From: Pecten maximus
Taxonomy: Eukaryota
DNA: 64,000 bases
NCBI RefSeq assembly: GCF_902652985.1
Contig: NC_047018.1
Span: 50,220,001 to 50,284,000 of the forward strand
Direction of reading: 5' to 3'
Shown: in pieces, positions 48,101 through 60,313 of the stretch
Layout of the letters: each line of letters begins with the position of its first letter
Numbering within the stretch: the first letter of the stretch is position 1
Program-made: the position numbers and the translations under genes
The notes under the pieces: generated by a model
Databases searched by the model: none
What the model saw: only the letters and a program-made list of their open reading frames with translations
What the model was told of the DNA's origin: nothing

Positions 48101-51100
48101 GTAATTTTTTATCCGAGGATGACAGGAAAAGTATTGGGGTTGGAGGGAAGGAAATATTTTAGGCATGATAACATACCCGGTATATATGACATCATGTAAA
48201 ATACAACGCATCATAATTACACGATACAAATCCTCTCTGGTGCCAAGTATACCCACAGAAATATCCTGCTACATATATATGAGCCAACAGGCTAACTTGT
48301 TTGAGGTTTGTTCCATTATCTTGACAAATATATGAAGTTAACTGAAATCTGTTTTCTTATGTGGCTTGAGGGGTGACAAAATATTTTTTTGACAAAATAT
48401 TTTTTTAAATAATTTCTTTAAATAGTAACAGTGACCTTAAGTAACCTTGGGTGTCCAAATATAAATTTTTTATATTAAGTCATTATTCGTACTGTTAGTA
48501 ACTTAGTCTAAATAGAAGGAGAAACGGAAGAATGCGGTTCCCAGAAGGTAGCTTTCAGTTTGTTTGGTAAAGCTAAAAGTGTGATATTCAAACACCTGTG
48601 CAGATCGAGACTAATACAAGGATTATCTTATACAACGCCTCTGAGTCCTTCAAGTATTAAGCTAGTTTTTTTTCTCTTTGACATCACAAGATTGCATAGA
48701 AGAGAATGAAATTCCTTACAGACAATACAATCGGAGTGGTATTGTTTCAGAGAGATTTTGCTTAAACAATTGATTCGGACAGTATCTGTGGTATTGTTTT
48801 AGACAGATATTACTACAATTGATCCGGACAGTATCAGTGGTATTGTTTTAGACAGATATTACTACAATTGATTCGGACAGTATCTGTGGTATTGTTTTAG
48901 ACAGATATTACTACAATTGATCCGGACAGTATCTGTGGTATTGTTTTAGACAGATATTACTACAATTGATTCGGACAGTATTTGTGGTATTGTTTTAGAC
49001 AGATATTACTACAATTGATTCGGACAGTATCTGTGGTATTGTTTTAGACAGATATTACTACAATTGATTCGGACAGTATCAGCCTTTGTTACCTTTCATC
49101 TGACAGGTGTGAAGTTTGGAATATTTGGCATCAGTTAATATTGATATTAGCAACGGTAGAAATCCATGTTAGTCTTTAATATACAGCGAGACCTGCTAGA
49201 GTCAGAAAAAGTTCACTGTATAGCACAGCATTAAGGTCTGATAATGGTTTGGTTCCAATTACTGCTAATGTATGCTTAGACATCCATTTAATGGTGCATG
49301 GATCAGTTAAAACATTATATAGAGGATATCTAACAATGTTTTCATTAAAACCAAATATATTTCACGAGTGGGGCTAATATTTTGATATTTTTCACGAGTG
49401 CGCAGCACGAGTGAAAAATATCTAAATATTAGCCACACGAGTGAAATATATTTGGTTTTACTGAAGACACTGTTAGATATTCTGTTTATTACATTTTTTA
49501 TCAACGAAAAACCTTCCCCGTATGCTAACTAGGCCTACAGCGATAATTTGCAAACAAAAAATGTAGTTCCCCCTGTCCAGGTGCTGAGATATATGTCGGG
49601 CTTTCTGATTGGTCAATTATTTTGGTATTTTCTAATCATTAATTTGATTGGTCAAATCAGCAAAAGTGATATTTTTCACTAGTGATAAATATGATATTTT
49701 TCAGTGAAAAATATCACTTTCATAGAATGAATAATTTTTGATATATTTCACTGGTAAAAATGTAATTAAATAAGTCTTTATATAATAATCCAAATTTTTA
49801 TGTTAATGACCGTAGCGACTAAACAACAACTGTTCTGAATACATTATGACAAAATTAGATGATCTGACCACACGGGAATCGTGTACGATGTTTACTTGCC
49901 GAAATATACGCATTTTAATTCCAATCCAAACTGCCTCACAGCTTCGGGTCGCCATCTTTGCTCAAATCAAAACATCTGTGCGTTTGAAAGAGTCAATACT
50001 GCAAAGCTTCTAAATGATCTTGTGTTACAAATTTTAAGACTATAATAGAAACGAAATATGGATTTTAAAATAATTTGATTTAAATTACTTATGCATTAGG
50101 TTAGCAAATCGTAGCAATTACTTACAATACACTCTAACGTTGTACTCAATACTGATCACAATGTTTTTATTTAAACATTTTCTATATCTTTCGCTTCATA
50201 TCATTTTAAGAAGTGATTTAGATTTCCCAATAATTTCGCTGGAAATGAATTTGATGACGTAACATTAAGTCTACAGGCTATATAATCAGGCATCTATAGT
50301 CGATAAATGGAGGTTTGTAACACTTCGGTCCATTAGTTACCATTACAACAGAAAGTAACACAGATTTAATTCATAGCTATCGTATCGTAACCTATGTAGT
50401 TGTACTAGACCTACTTTCGTTTTACAGTTTACGGATATGGTCATAAAAATAATTCATATTCTGAACCATAGTCGATCTAATTACTTAATTGCGGGATATT
50501 TCTATCAAGTATATTTGTACTTCTCATGTACAGGGTGCATCTTTGTTTAAAATTGACTGGTCTGCAGGTCTGATCTGACTCCCTCAGCTGACCCTTACCA
50601 CAGGGCCACGTTAATATCGTATCCTTTTGTAAACACCTCATAATAAATGTATCAACGGCAGAATCGTCTGGATTACAATTTTTACCGTTTAAATACTTTA
50701 ATATATAAATACTTATTACCAGTTAGCTTGTAAATATATATAATAATTATTATGTGATTAATAAATTTGCTATTTTCATCAACTTATAATCAAGTAATTA
50801 ATACATTGCTTGTAGAATTTACATACCAATATAAAGGTACATTGCTCAATTCAAATCTTGATTCAATTTCAATTATCAATTTTGACACCATAATAGCAAA
50901 TCTTGATCTATAGCTGTATCGGCCATTAGTCTCCATATATAATAATCGTAATTCTTGTATCATCATTTTATAGCTTTGATCCAGACAGCTATCTAGAATC
51001 AGCTGTAAGCCAGCATTTATTTGGTAATTGCTACATGTAACAATGCATACCTTATTCTGAGAACTATTTTATTTGCTGGTGAAACTGAGTTCAACCTCCA

Positions 51101-54100
51101 AGTTTCTTTTAATATTTAATAGATTTAAGTTGACACATGTACAAGTGCTTGATTTTTACAAACCATCTATTATCATAAATCGATCCATAGACAATGTTTT
51201 GTAAAATGAAAAGGGTCACAACTCTGTATATATAATGAAAAAAAAAAATTCACATATTGGTGCATGATTTCGTAGATATTTCTCTTTCTCTTCACAATTG
51301 ATCAATTATTGATCATCATCAGCCATTTGAGTAATTGTGATGATCAACAATATATTTTAAAGCGATTCTCAATGTAATAAGCAAAAGACCCGATTCCTAA
51401 CTACAAAATATTCACTAGTTCATTTTTCGTCATAACAAGAGCCTTTGATCTGCAAATTAAATATGGCCATATTCAGTAGCATGAAAAATGTCTCAGATAA
51501 TTCAAATTAATTGACAAACACTGTCCCCCTGGGTAAGTAATAATTAAAAACATCCGGATATACAAGTATACATCTGAATTCCATTATTTCAAAATATCTA
51601 TTCATGCAACATATATTTTACGGCATGTTTCAAAAATGTTTAGAACACTTAAGTGCAAATTTTACTGACGTCTGTACCAATCACAGGACCTACCCATCAG
51701 ATAAAATATCTCAGCTGGTCAAAGACCCAATCGTAATTTGTCATACCCGAGTTAAAAACCACAAATTAGTCTGAAATGAAATCAACATCCACTGACTCAC
51801 AGGTTTCCATTTTAAATGTTTAGAAATATTTCCCAGGTGTTCCCATAAAGGTGATTAGCGGACAGCCTATAGAAGAACCGCATATCAAAACACCATGGAA
51901 ATCCAATCTGACACCTGTACTCTGAGGGGTATCAAGATTTTAGTATTTAGTATGAAAGGTTGGGTAGATGTTTGTATATATCTGTCTGCACCCCTACATG
52001 TACAAATTTGACACACCTGTGCGATACATACATATATATATATATATATAGCATTTTTAGATTATTATATATGTTTTATATACATTAAAACTTCAGACTA
52101 GCTGAATGGTACACAGCTGTACCCCATGATTAGAGCATTCAGCGAATGAAAAAAACTGTCGCAATGATGGGAAAAAAAACTTTAATCACCACCAAACTAA
52201 GCACTTTGTCACTATTTTTTTTAGTGTATGTAAATTACACATGCAATGCATAGAAATTTTTGCGGTGTATATATATATATATATAAGTAAGAAAATCAAA
52301 CTTCCATAAAAAAAAAATCCCCCCTGGTGACTCATCCAGCCTCCATTATTTTATTGGAAAAGGTCTAAAGACTTTTAATGAACAAATATATATGTTGTAT
52401 GTATGTGAGTGTGTGTGCATTTTACTGTGCTAAGTGTCGGTGTCGACTGTGTATATATAAGGTGCCCTTCATATGATACTGTCTTCATGTAATTACTGTA
52501 TATCTCATACTTATAGATCGATGTTAAGTGTTAAATTATCATATACGACCGATTTTCAATTTTTTTTTGTTCATGGGATTCCGGTAAAATAATTATGCTA
52601 CATACAACCAGCGTCCTCTTGTGTGATGAACAGCCGAGTCATTACCTGTACTTACTGTAACACCTTGGATCTGCATAACTTACAGGTAAGTTATAAATAT
52701 ATTTAATTTGCATATACCATAAAGCCGGAGTTTTTCCACTTATATTAAAAACATATATATATATATATGATCTAAGCTGAGTTTTGCATACATGAATGCT
52801 AAGCTGGATGCATTTTAATTGAAGAAAATAGGATTTAATGTACAGTATTATAAATAATTGGACGAATTCCTAAAATATTGACAGAGCCTTTATCACTGAT
52901 TTTTTTTCCTTAATACTGCAAACTTTCACCCAGGAAAACATAATTATAAAGTTTTTCTTTCTACAGATAAAACAGTTTATTTCCTAAATGCATTAAATAT
53001 GTGTATCATTCATTATTTGAAAAATAAGGTAAAAATACCTTTTTTATCTTAAGCATTTTCATAAAATTTCATTTCTAACACAACGATCAAATAACAAATT
53101 ATGCAAAATATTGTTTTCAGAATCAGTTTTGGGACACAAACAAAATTTTTAAGTACATGTACCTGTATCTGTATAAAATTTCCTCTGATAAGATTATAAA
53201 TATTCAAAACTTTGAACTAATGACACATATAAATACAACAGTAGGATATAGTCCTCAGGAGCTGCTCTCAATCTTCAATATTATTTTTCTGACAATAATA
53301 CATGTTCGTTAATAAGCCCATCCATGTCCATTTAAATTCAGCAGAAATTCCAGTTTGTGTAGACAATTTGAGTGTTACTTGAACTTAAATCCCTTAGCAA
53401 ACTAAAGTTATTTTCAAAAAAAAAAAATTCAAACTGGAACTAAAATTCACCTTTCTGAAATATTTATTTTGTGTCAAACACTCAATATCTGTGATGCATG
53501 ACTGTGACATTTTTACACCTCGTCTTGGTTTTTCTCAACAAGATCAGCTTTCCCATAGATAAATTTAAACTGCATCAGTAGTTTTAATATTCTTAAATCA
53601 TTACACCCACTTAACCATGCTACAGAATATGACCTTATGACTTTCCTATTGAATTCAAATCTTTCTTGCATCTGTTGAGAATGAAACAGACTGATTTATG
53701 TACAGCATTAAATTACCTGAATGTACAATTTTCTTGCATTTTGAAAAAGGTTGTCAAAGTGGCAATTTTCCAATAAATAAGATTTTCTGTTGTACACTAT
53801 CATTTTAGAATACATTTAGGGTACATATCAAACAAAATTGCAAGATGTTAAGTTTTGAGTTGAAAATAAAAGCGGAGTTGGAATTGCCAATGTAATTTTC
53901 TGTCCATGATCAAATAATACTTAAAATTAAATATTATTAAATATCATTATCAAATTTTATTATTATTGATAGGAAAACTACTCTACTGAACACAACAAGC
54001 TGCTAAAATAAGTAGAAATATGATTTTCTTAGAAAGAGACAAAATGCAACTTAATTATTACTTAATTGATTTTTGTATAATTAATTTATTGATCATGATC

Positions 54101-57100
54101 AGGAGATCAAACAATTCAACCTCCATCTTCATAAAGAAATGGCATTCATGACTACATTTGTTTGAATTCTGCTTCAATTTGATAATCAACCAGGTAAAAC
54201 AAATTTGATGAAACTCGAGAAAGATTTCCCCACAAATGAAATGTTAACTATAATAACTAAAATTTGTACCAAATTATTACATTAGCTAGACTAAGTTCAG
54301 TTGTGACAGTGTAGTATAGAAATTCAGAAAGTTCTGATCTTCAGGATGTGTGCAAGCATTTTTTACGGCTTAAGACAATTTACCACATGTACATTGCTAA
54401 TTAATTAATAAATAACTAATTAAAAGAAATTCAGAAGGGGCTGTAATATAACTGACAAAGCAAATTACAATGGGCAATGCACAGATGGACAGGAGTCAAA
54501 TGTAAGCAGACATCTTTGGGGAGGGACTGATATTAAGTAATTTATGATTGACTTGTAAAGGGTTCGTGGAGCGTACACCATGACCTACATCCGAGTTGTG
54601 TTTATGTTTTGTAGCCCTCACACGCCCTTATAATCCGTCACCGTGTCTCTCCGTACAACTGTCATACCATCAAAGACAATCAATATGACACCATTTAACA
54701 GTCTGCTTGTTTTCATTAAGTGAAAAAAAAACTGTGGAACAGAATTTGTCTTAATACTGGTGTATATAGCTGAGTTTGGTATAGAAACAAAATACTTTTT
54801 AACCTCAGTATTAGTGTGAATACTGCATTTTAACAACTGTAATTCACTAGTACATATCACTGAGGTTTTCTCTTCATTTTGGTAGTGCAATATTAATATA
54901 TAATTTGTATAATTTTACACAACCCAAATGGTGTGATTTTCTATAGTATCATTACCTATTTTACAAGTTAATGAATGTTTAATGGGGCAGAGTAGAATTT
55001 GATTATCAGCCAGAAGTAACAAGTTTTACTGGTAGTAACTTTGTGTGTGCTTATACTTTGAAATTACATGTATGTACATGTACATTAAAAAGAGATTTCT
55101 TTGGGCAAAAATGTCAATAATAGGATTTTGCAGTTTCTTGAGGTAAGAATTTTAATTACTTATGATAGTAAAAATGAAATTATATTGATTGGTTGTTCAG
55201 GACTGTGAGTTATACAGCAGAGGCTCATTCACTTAAATACCCTTTATTCGTTGAACTGTGTGCTTGGCTCTGATCATGTTGGATATATATTCCTTGTAAA
55301 TCAATCTTGGGATAATATGAACCACTATCTATCACAACCCTGCATTCCTGAAACTAATATTCCCCCTACCCTTCATTTTTATTGTGATTAGATATAGCAT
55401 CCAACGTACAGGTGTCACACCCAACGCAAAAATACCTTAGTCACACATGTACATGCATGTATATCAGACCTCGGGTCACACATGACCGTATATCAAACCT
55501 CAGGTCACACATGACTGTATATCAGACCTCAGGTCACACATGACTGTATATCAGACCTCAGGTCACACATGACTGTATATCAGACCTCAGGTCACACATG
55601 ACTGTCTATCAAACCTCAGGTCACACATGACTGTATATCGGACCTCAGGTCACACATGACTGTATATCAGACCTCAGGTCACACATGACTGTATATCAGA
55701 CCTCAGGTCACACATGACCGTATATCAGACCTCAGGTCACACATGACTGTATATCGGACCTCAGGTCACACATAACTGTATATCAGACCTCAGGTCACAC
55801 ATGACTGTATATCGGACCTCAGGTCACACATGACTGTATATCAGACCTCAGGTCACACATGACTGTATATCGGACCTCAGGTCACACATGACTGTATCTG
55901 ACCTCAGGTCACACATGACTGTATATCAGACCTCGGGTCACAACTGACTGTATATCCGACTTCGGGTCACAACTGACTGTATATCCGACCTCGGGTCACA
56001 ACTGACTGTATATCCGACCTCAGGTCACACATAACTGTATATCGGACCTCAGGTCACACATGACTGTATCTGACCTCAGGTCACACATGACTGTATATCA
56101 GACCTCGGGTCACAACTGACTGTATATCCGACTTCGGGTCACAACTGACTGTATATCCGACCTCGGGTCACAACTGACTGTATATCCGACCTCAGGTCAC
56201 ACATGACTGTATATCAGACCTCAGGTCACACATGACTGTATATCAGACCTCGGGTCATACATGACCGTATATCAGACCTCAGGTCACACATGACTGTATA
56301 TCAGACCTTTGGTCACACATGACTGTATATCAAACCTCAGGTCATACATGACTGTATATCAGACCTCAGGTCACACATGACTGTATATCAGACCTCGGGT
56401 CACACATGACTGTATATCAAACCTCAGGTCACACATGACTGTATATCAGACCTCAGGTCACACATGACCGTATATCAAACCTCAGGTCACACATCACTGT
56501 ATATCAGACCTCAGGTCACACATGACCGTATATCAAACCTGGGGTTACACATCACTGTATATCAAACCTGGGGTCACACATGACCGTATATCAGACCTTT
56601 GGTCACACATGACTGTATATCAAACCTCAGGTCACACATCACTGTATATCAGACCTCAGGTCACACATGACCGTATATCGGACCTCAGGTCACATGACTG
56701 TATATCAAACCTTGTGTCACACATGACTGAATATTGGACATCAGGTCACACATGACCGTATATCAGACCTCGGGTCACACATGACCGTATATCAGACCTC
56801 AGGTCACACATGACTGTATATCGGACCTCAGGTCACACATAACCGTATATTGGACCTCAGGTCACACATGACTGTACATCAGACCTTGGGTCACACATGA
56901 CCGTATATCAGACCTCAGGTCACACATGACTGTACATCAGACCTTGGGATGACGTAAATCGGACCTCAAGTCACACATTTATCTTTTTGTTTTTGTGTAC
57001 TTGGAAACATGCAATATGTACAACAGTTGGAAAGCCTTCAAAATGTCAGTTCTGTTTAAGTTACTGTGGCTCATACTGAGAAATGATTCAGATCAACAAA

Positions 57101-59212
57101 ATGCAGGAAAACGTACCTTCCAAAAGTTGTTTTTGATAAACAGGAGCATGTTGAGTAGCTTGACTTCTCGTTTGTAGCCTTTCTCCCTGACGAACAGTAG
57201 ATCCAACAAGTGAGAACCAACATGCTGGCCCATGTCTGACAGTCTGTAAAAAACAACAAGAAAACAATAAGCATATCCTGACCTAATTACTGAACTCTTC
57301 AATTAGTAGTAATACCAAGATTTACAATTTACCACTGAACAATGAAAGATTAGAATGTCACTCAGGGCTTTTCCCACTGGTTTGGGGAAAGGGCCTTTTT
57401 GTCTCATTTTGGGGGGAAAATTGGTAAATTGGGAAAAATAATTTTCAGGAATAAACTGTGAATTTTGGAAATTTGGCTTTAACATGATATAATTTCAATT
57501 GGGAATGGGGCCCATATAAACGGCCCTGGGAAAATCCCTGGTCATATGGGGCAAAGAAGTAATTCTAACAATGTGGACAATGACAAATGTCAAATTTTCG
57601 AGGCAATTCGCCCTTTTTTCAATTAAGACACAGAGAATGTACAAATACAATTATATGATATATAAACAGTACAAGAAAATACAATAAGATACCAAAAATA
57701 TTACTCTTACTGTATCTTATTGTATTTTCTAGTACTGTTTATATATCATTTGATTGTATTTGTATAAAGTGGCGGATTGCCTCAAAAATTTGGCGTTTTT
57801 CATTGTCCACACTGTTAGAATTACTTCTTGGGCCCTTTTCAACATTTCAAGTAATTTGTATCCTGCAGACAAAACCTTTGCAAAGATCCAGTGTTATCCG
57901 ACTTATTACCATTTATATTACTTCTTTGACCCATATACACACACAATAATCAAACATCTCTTTGTACGTTTTTGTACATTTGTTCTATTTATTATTATAA
58001 ATCATGCCATTGATCAGCCAGGAACCTAGCTACAACTGTTGTAGTGGAAAAGCATTTGACACTTGTGACTGTCTTTTGATATAAGTGTTAAAAACTTTTC
58101 CTCTGCAACCGTAGCTATTTAGCCAGAGTGTGCACTGTGCATTTTATGACAGGTTCATTTTCAGAATAAACAGTTCTCATTGTATTGTTTGAATGAACGT
58201 CAGTTCCAGAATATAACGTAGGTCCCTTTTATTTGATATGTTTTAAAATACTTCAAAGCAAACTCTGCATTAGCTATATATATGATATCACAGAAAATGG
58301 AAAAAATGATCCTTTCTCCCACAAAGAGAATTTCTCAGTGATCACATAGCTAAAATTGATAGCATCCGTTACTGCATACTAAGATAAAGATGATAAAGTA
58401 AAAAAGAATATGGTGGAATTAATTAAGGCTTTATCAATTAACAAAATATTGTGTCCGATAGATGCAATACTTATATCATGTGTCCTAACACTGTTAACAA
58501 AATTTAACAAAATATTGTGTCCGATAGATGCAATACTTATATCATGTGTCCTAACACTGTAGTCTACATCTGTACAGTATGTACCGACCTTAATATAAAT
58601 GACCATGGCTAGGCATTTTGACAGTATGTTAAAAATATCCGGAAGAGACATTTTAAACCAATAATTCAGATATATGGATATAGAGGCATATTGCCTGCAT
58701 CCATTCATTATCATATAATAATACTCAGATACTTCGCAAGAATAGTACTACAGTACTTATGTTTTCATGTTTTTGTAATATGCGACGTTAAAAATAAAGC
58801 TGCTTGAATCTTCGGGCTAATCACAATCACAATACAATTGTAGGCGTGGTTGAAATATACTCGTACAGACATTTTAACAACATGGCCTCCATTAAAATGT
58901 ATTATTAAAGTAGCATCTTGAACATGTGATGATTGAATGCACCCCGACAACACACGTCACTCACTTGTTCTGGAGTTCTGATACACTGTACACACGATTC
59001 TGGCTGTACTGGACGATTTCTGAGAACAGCAGAGCAAACGTGGCTACATTCACCTGTAAATATACACATATTGACACAATTAACAGATTTTAAACAGAAA
59101 ACACTCCAATTTAAATGTGTGTGTATATATTTAGACTCCAACATACCTCTGGTTTCCCTCTGCCGAGAGGTTTGTCGAGATTGCTGGACTTCTGTTTTGT
59201 TGTGGTCGACAT
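36198..59212 (-). CDS. TRAPPC5: Trafficking protein particle complex subunit 5, about 187 aa; exons 59212-59147, 59053-58965, 57243-57117, 41681-41624, 39638-39579, 37383-37319, 36296-36198
   Basis: LDKPLGRGKPE|VNVATFALLFSEIVQYSQNRVYSVSELQNK|LSDMGQHVG...KREVKLLNMLLFIK...WK|TLFGKQADTLEHSNDDERTY|YIIE...VNRFISVPKDKG|KLNCAAFTAGIIEAIL...|PAKVTAHWHKGTTFMIEFDEAVIIRDK. Phases are consistent; total 564 nt. Confidence 0.95.
38070..39315. repeat. 18-bp minisatellite with a 36-bp two-variant higher-order pattern
   Basis: CATGGGCTTATTACAAAA and CACATACTTATTACCAAA mostly alternate. This produces the spurious 314-482 aa ORFs. Confidence 0.95.
39639..41623 (-). other. U12-type (minor spliceosome) GT-AG intron of TRAPPC5
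   Basis: 5' splice site GTATCCTTG. Branch site TCTTAAC at 39655-39649, 12-13 nt from the AG, with no polypyrimidine tract. Confidence 0.85.
44242..44457 (-). mobile_element. Partial copy of the V-type SINE
   Basis: 44270-44434 is near-identical to the 3692-3910 copy. TTCCAACT occurs on both flanks. Confidence 0.85.
46201..46413 (+). mobile_element. Full-length copy of the V-type tRNA-derived SINE
   Basis: A box TGGCTGAGTGG, B box GTTCGAAAC, core and tail. Imperfect 17-bp TSD TTCTCATCC(A/T)CTG(T/A)AAG at 46184 and 46414. Confidence 0.9.
48725..49081. repeat. 49-bp tandem repeat, about 6-7 copies
   Basis: Unit GACAGTATCTGTGGTATTGTTTTAGACAGATATTACTACAATTGATTCG. Confidence 0.92.
49322..49482. 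mobile_element. Long imperfect palindrome, probably part of a non-autonomous DNA element extending to ~49770
   Basis: Arms of about 75 bp (GATATCTAACA...AAAACCAAATATATTTCAC...GATATTTTTCAC and its reverse complement) centred on GTGCGCAGCAC. Confidence 0.65.
55440..56978. repeat. 29-bp minisatellite, about 52 copies
   Basis: Unit GTCACACATGACTGTATATCAGACCTCAG, within TRAPPC5 intron 3. Confidence 0.95.
57363..57812. mobile_element. Two adjacent MITE-like elements
   Basis: 57363-57540 has terminal inverted repeats CAGGGCTTTTTCCCA/TGGGAAAATCCCTG. 57571-57812 folds back along most of its length (TGTGGACAATGA...TCATTGTCCACA, with internal inverted arms). Confidence 0.7.
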
Positions 59213-60171
59213 CTTGGAACGGAAGTAGAACTCTCTAAAACCACCTTTTTTTTAACAGACAACAATATATTTTCGCGGGAATTTTAAAGTTTCTTTTTTT
59301 TTAATAAGATAAAAAGTGAACCCCTGTTCTTATGGTATCATGTGTGCTAGTTAAAGTTATTAAAACAAAAACAGAATATCGCATAAGGAAATACGAATAA
59401 ATGACTTCACAAAATATTGCTAGAATCTAAGTCAAAACCACAGAGACTTAAATATTGGCATGGGATACATAAAATGTATAATATATATATATATATATAT
59501 ACATGCACAATGGGCTGGGAATCCAAGTCAAATCTCTGTGGTGAAACATAAAATGTGTAAATGACCTATCATCTGAGCAAAGATTATGTTCTCTCTGACT
59601 GAAACAAAACCCCTAGGCAAAATTCTAAGACCTTTAGTCCATAAGTACACCCTACATCGAACACGATCTCAAATGGAACTCGGTCATCAATAATATCTTC
59701 TCAAAAGGTAGATTTTTCCAAATAGAAAAAGTTTTCCCCGGACAAATCCTAAACTCAGCGTAGTAGTTTAAATTGACAGACTTTAATCCCTGGGGCAAAG
59801 TTAGCTATTTCCGTGTTTCCAAATCACTACTGTATCTCCAAAAGTCTCATATTTATTGAAATTAACCACCCGCAACTGTGAAAATCTACACACTTTTCCC
59901 CTTTTTTCGGCATAAGTGTATAATATTCTTTTGTCCCCGGAAATGACGCGACAGGTGGCGTTACTGGTCAAGATGAAGTATGTGATTGGTCAATGTAGCG
60001 GTAAACGCAAAATGCAGATATGCAGTTAAAAACGGAACAAATTAGTTAAGATTGAATGCAAGCTGAATAAGTGGATGCATCTTATCAAATGAAACATTAA
60101 TAAAATTATATTCCTGATTAAAATGCAGTCGCATTCAGGCGCGTATCTGCCTATACGCAAATACGCAAGTT

Positions 60172-60313
60172 NNNNNNNNNNNNNNNNNNNNNNNNNNNNN
60201 NNNNNNNNNNNNNNNNNNNNNNNNNNNNNNNNNNNNNNNNNNNNNNNNNNNNNNNNNNNNNNNNNNNNNNNNNNNNNNNNNNNNNNNNNNNNNNNNNNNN
60301 NNNNNNNNNNNNN
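60172..60313. other. Assembly gap (142 N)
   Basis: Run of N. Confidence 1.
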
